64,000 nucleotides of DNA from Kiritimatiellia bacterium. Lineage in GTDB: Bacteria > Verrucomicrobiota > Kiritimatiellia > RFP12 > UBA1067. The stretch covers positions 5,515 through 69,514 of the forward strand of contig JBJEWF010000028.1 of assembly GCA_051884915.1 (NCBI GenBank). The letters are read 5' to 3'. The translations under genes were made by a program, and so were the position numbers. The notes beneath the pieces were generated by a model. It had not been told where the DNA came from and searched no databases. It worked only from the letters and a program-made list of their open reading frames with translations. Positions 61,635 through 64,000 of the stretch are shown here, one piece after another (position 1 is the stretch's first letter; each line of letters starts with the position of its first letter).

Positions 61635-61979
61635 TCATTTGTTGAAAGTCACGGGGACTCCGGTCACGCTGATCGTCTTCCGGGAAAAGAAAATCACATT
61701 GACATTGTGCTCCTCGATGGACATTGAGACAAGGGCGTCGGCTTTCTGCGATTTCGCCATGGCATCGCGGAAGGCACGCGTTTGCTGCAGTCCGGTCGAC
61801 CCGCCGATGCCGAAGACCCAGATCTGATCGCTCGTACCCGTCACTTCGGAACCGGCGACCGTATAGCCGCTCGGCGGAATGGGCGCGGACGACGCCAGGA
61901 ACCGAATGGGGCCTGACACGCATCCGGTCAAGGCAACCGCCAACATGCCAATCGCCGCAACGCTCATGATCTTCTTCAT
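61635..61979 (-). CDS. Small lipoprotein, unknown function
   Basis: Trimmed to [20 protein letters not shown] (lipobox LTGC). 114 aa. Looks less GC-rich than its neighbours by eye. Confidence 0.6.
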   Translation of the reverse strand: MKKIMSVAAIGMLAVALTGCVSGPIRFLASSAPIPPSGYTVAGSEVTGTSDQIWVFGIGGSTGLQQTRAFRDAMAKSQKADALVSMSIEEHNVNVIFFSRKTISVTGVPVTFNK

Positions 61980-62048
61980 TGTCAACTTCTCACTTGAGTT
62001 CTGACGGCTGTTGAAGGCCAGCCGAATCGCCTGTATGCCCAAAACACT

Positions 62049-62756
62049 TCACGAATCGTTGTGGACCGGATCCGCCCCGGTGTTCCGCAAATGGCGCTCC
62101 AGCTTGCCCAACAGCCAGGTGAACGTCATCACCAGCGCCAGGTAGACGGCCGCCACGGTCAGATACGGCGTGTAGACCGAATAGGTCTGCGACCGGATGA
62201 TGTCGCCGCCCTTGGCCAGGTCGCGCAGCGCGATGTAGCCCACAATCGACGTGTCCTTCATCAGCACGATGAACTCGTTGCCCAGCGCCGGCAGGACGTT
62301 GCGGATCGCCTGCGGCAGCACGACGCGGAACATCGTCTGCCAATACCCCAGCCCCAGCGCGCGGCCGGCTTCCATCTGCCCGGCGTCGATCGACATGATG
62401 CCCGCGCGCATGATTTCGGCCTGGTAGGCGCCCGAATTGACACCGAAGGCCAGAATCGCCACCGTCACCTTGTCCAGCGACTTGAGGATGATGAAATAGC
62501 AGATCAGGAGCTGGACGACCATCGGCGTGCCGCGGATGATCGTCAGATAGACCCGGCAGAGAAAATCCAGGACCGGGAAACGGCCGTATTTGTCGTGCGT
62601 CGAACGGACGACCGCCACGAGAAAGCCGATGGCCAGCCCCAGCACGATTGCGGCGAGCGCGACTTCCAGCGTCACGCCAAGACCGTCCCACAGGTATCTC
62701 CAGCGGGCGTTCTTGACAAAACAGAGCGAAAAATCGTCTACCAGGGACTGCAGCAT
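62049..62756 (-). CDS. Amino-acid ABC transporter permease, copy 1
   Basis: EAGRALGLGYWQTMFRVVLPQ EAA loop. 235 aa. Confidence 0.9.
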   Translation of the reverse strand: MLQSLVDDFSLCFVKNARWRYLWDGLGVTLEVALAAIVLGLAIGFLVAVVRSTHDKYGRFPVLDFLCRVYLTIIRGTPMVVQLLICYFIILKSLDKVTVAILAFGVNSGAYQAEIMRAGIMSIDAGQMEAGRALGLGYWQTMFRVVLPQAIRNVLPALGNEFIVLMKDTSIVGYIALRDLAKGGDIIRSQTYSVYTPYLTVAAVYLALVMTFTWLLGKLERHLRNTGADPVHNDS

Positions 62757-62797
62757 CCGGACCGTTTCCTACCTTCCAGCCTCTCCGGCGCCCCGCT

Positions 62798-63544
62798 TCA
62801 CTTGTCCTTCAGCCTGTCGGCCTCGTCCGTATACTGCTTCGTCCAGGCGGCCAGCTTGCCGTTCGCCTTCAGTTCGGCGATTGTCTCGTCAATCGCCTTC
62901 AGCAGGTCCGGCCGGCCCTTGCGGATGGCCACGGCGTACTCTTCCGTCGTGATGAAATCGGAAATCGCCAGATCGGCCTCGCCCTTCACGCAGTTCCGGG
63001 CCGGTTCGATGTCCGCGAGCACCGCGTCCACGCGCCCCGCCTTCAGCGCCGCCACCGCCGCCGCCGGCGAATCGAAGCGCTCGGGCTGCTGCTTGAGCAC
63101 GTCCACGACGTAGTTTTCGGACGTCGTGCCGCCCTGCACGCCCACCTTCTTGCCCTTGGCGTCCGTCCCCTTCGCGTAGGGGGACGCCTTCTTGAAGACG
63201 AACACGATGCCCGTCTTGACGTACGGAATCGAGAAATCGACGTTCTTCTTGCGGTCCTCCGTCACCGTGATGCCCGCCGCCGCGAGATCGGCCTTGCCCG
63301 AAATGACCGCCGGAATCACGGAATCGAAGTTGACCGACTCGACCGAGAACGTGCGTCCCAGCCGCTGGGCGACGGCGCGGCAGATCTCGACGTCGAGGCC
63401 CACGATCTCCTGCCCGCGCAGGAATTCATAGGGCGGGAACGTCGCCTCCGTGACCATCTTGAGCGAATCGTCCTTGGAATCCGTGCATCCCGCCAGAAAA
63501 CCGGCGACGAGCAGGGCGGCAACAAACTTTCTTGTGCATTTCAT
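62798..63544 (-). CDS. Amino-acid ABC transporter substrate-binding lipoprotein, copy 1
   Basis: Trimmed to MKCTRKFVAALLVAGFLAGC (lipobox). Family-3 SBP blocks. AAGGAGGAG upstream. Confidence 0.88.
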   Translation of the reverse strand: MKCTRKFVAALLVAGFLAGCTDSKDDSLKMVTEATFPPYEFLRGQEIVGLDVEICRAVAQRLGRTFSVESVNFDSVIPAVISGKADLAAAGITVTEDRKKNVDFSIPYVKTGIVFVFKKASPYAKGTDAKGKKVGVQGGTTSENYVVDVLKQQPERFDSPAAAVAALKAGRVDAVLADIEPARNCVKGEADLAISDFITTEEYAVAIRKGRPDLLKAIDETIAELKANGKLAAWTKQYTDEADRLKDK

Positions 63545-63573
63545 TGGCAACACTCCTCCTTCAGTTGGGCTGT

Positions 63574-63602
63574 ATGATACCACAATCTGGTCATTCTGTC
63601 AC
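63574..63602 (-). promoter_or_regulatory. Sigma70-like promoter GTGACA-N17-TATCAT with TGG extended -10, upstream of the ABC locus
   Basis: Minus strand reads GTGACA GAATGACCAGATTGTGG TATCAT. The -35 lies in the last codons of the Mrp-like gene. Confidence 0.45.
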
Positions 63603-64000
63603 TTCGCCGCGCGACAGCACGGCATCGGCCACGGCCGCGAGTCCGGGCACGTCGAGCGACTCGATCCGCCCCGCGTCGACCGCCGCCGCGAAGGCGGGGT
63701 CGATCGGCAGACGGGCCGCCACCGCGATGCCGTGCCTCTTCGCCAGTTCCTCGACGCGGCTCCGGCCGAAGATCTCGTGCCGTTTCCCGCAATCGGGGCA
63801 CTGGAAATAGCTCATGTTCTCGACGAGCGCCGCGACCTTCTTGTCCAGCATGCCCGCCATGCGCACGCTCTTTTCGACGATCATGCCGACCAGTTCCTGC
63901 GGCGAACACGCCACCACCACCGAATCGACGGGCAGCGACTGGAAGACCGTCAGCGGGACGTCGCCCGTGCCCGGCGGCATGTCGACGAACATGACGTCGA
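63591..64000 (-). CDS. Mrp/NBP35 (ApbC) family Fe-S cluster carrier ATPase, C-terminal part; gene continues past the window end
   Basis: DMPPGTGDV, VENMSYFQCPDCGKRHEIFG and ...LPIDP blocks are typical of Mrp/ApbC. Confidence 0.85.
   Translation of the reverse strand, partial: DVMFVDMPPGTGDVPLTVFQSLPVDSVVVACSPQELVGMIVEKSVRMAGMLDKKVAALVENMSYFQCPDCGKRHEIFGRSRVEELAKRHGIAVAARLPIDPAFAAAVDAGRIESLDVPGLAAVADAVLSRGEVTE

Overview
High-GC bacterial chromosomal segment (roughly two-thirds G+C by eye, not computed). Every gene I can support lies on the minus strand: 51 protein genes and 2 tRNAs. The long plus-strand ORFs in the track are Arg/Gly/Ala/Pro-rich antisense shadows. Eleven gene junctions overlap stop and start (ATGA, GTGA, TGATG or TAATG), so much of the window reads as long co-directional arrays.

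Core content: argB-argD-argG, purE, purD, a stand-alone IMP-cyclohydrolase domain, a sdhC-sdhA-sdhB (fumarate reductase type) complex, and gatC-gatA-[secretin]-gatB. Also ribH, a PPi-type phosphofructokinase, mazG-ispH, lepB, rpmB, rpsA, tRNA-Arg(ACG) and an initiator-type tRNA-Met.

Accessory blocks:
1. An O-antigen-ligase-like membrane protein coupled to a Tat-like aldo/keto reductase-FeS enzyme and a polyferredoxin membrane protein.
2. An exported glycan-enzyme-like protein, a Na+/solute symporter, two tandem RDH/QueG-like Fe-S proteins and a U32-like protein.
3. A Tat-signal monomeric [FeFe]-hydrogenase next to a Tat-signal rubrerythrin.
4. A Zn-ribbon-EIIA(Ntr) fusion.
5. A KS | AT-DH-PPTase pair in which KS, AT and DH appear to have lost their catalytic residues while the PPTase looks intact. 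This is my top candidate for something undescribed.
6. A Ser/Thr kinase with a repeat-bearing extracytoplasmic tail.
7. A 1498-aa PATR/LamG surface protein behind an AT-rich region carrying a 13-nt poly-G tract.
8. A second glycan-enzyme-like paralogue paired with a DUF362-type Fe-S protein.
9. A mosaic transporter locus: two amino-acid ABC half-sets, an NhaC-type carrier, a lipoprotein and a TorF-like porin.

A TGnTAnAAT-type extended -10 box recurs. At several genes it sits only 6-9 nt from the start codon, suggesting leaderless mRNAs.

The gene content suggests an anaerobic glycan-degrading PVC-group bacterium (Kiritimatiellota/Lentisphaerota-like). This is inference only. I saw no rRNA, CRISPR array, transposase, integrase or phage genes. 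All family names come from reading motifs by eye; no searches were run.
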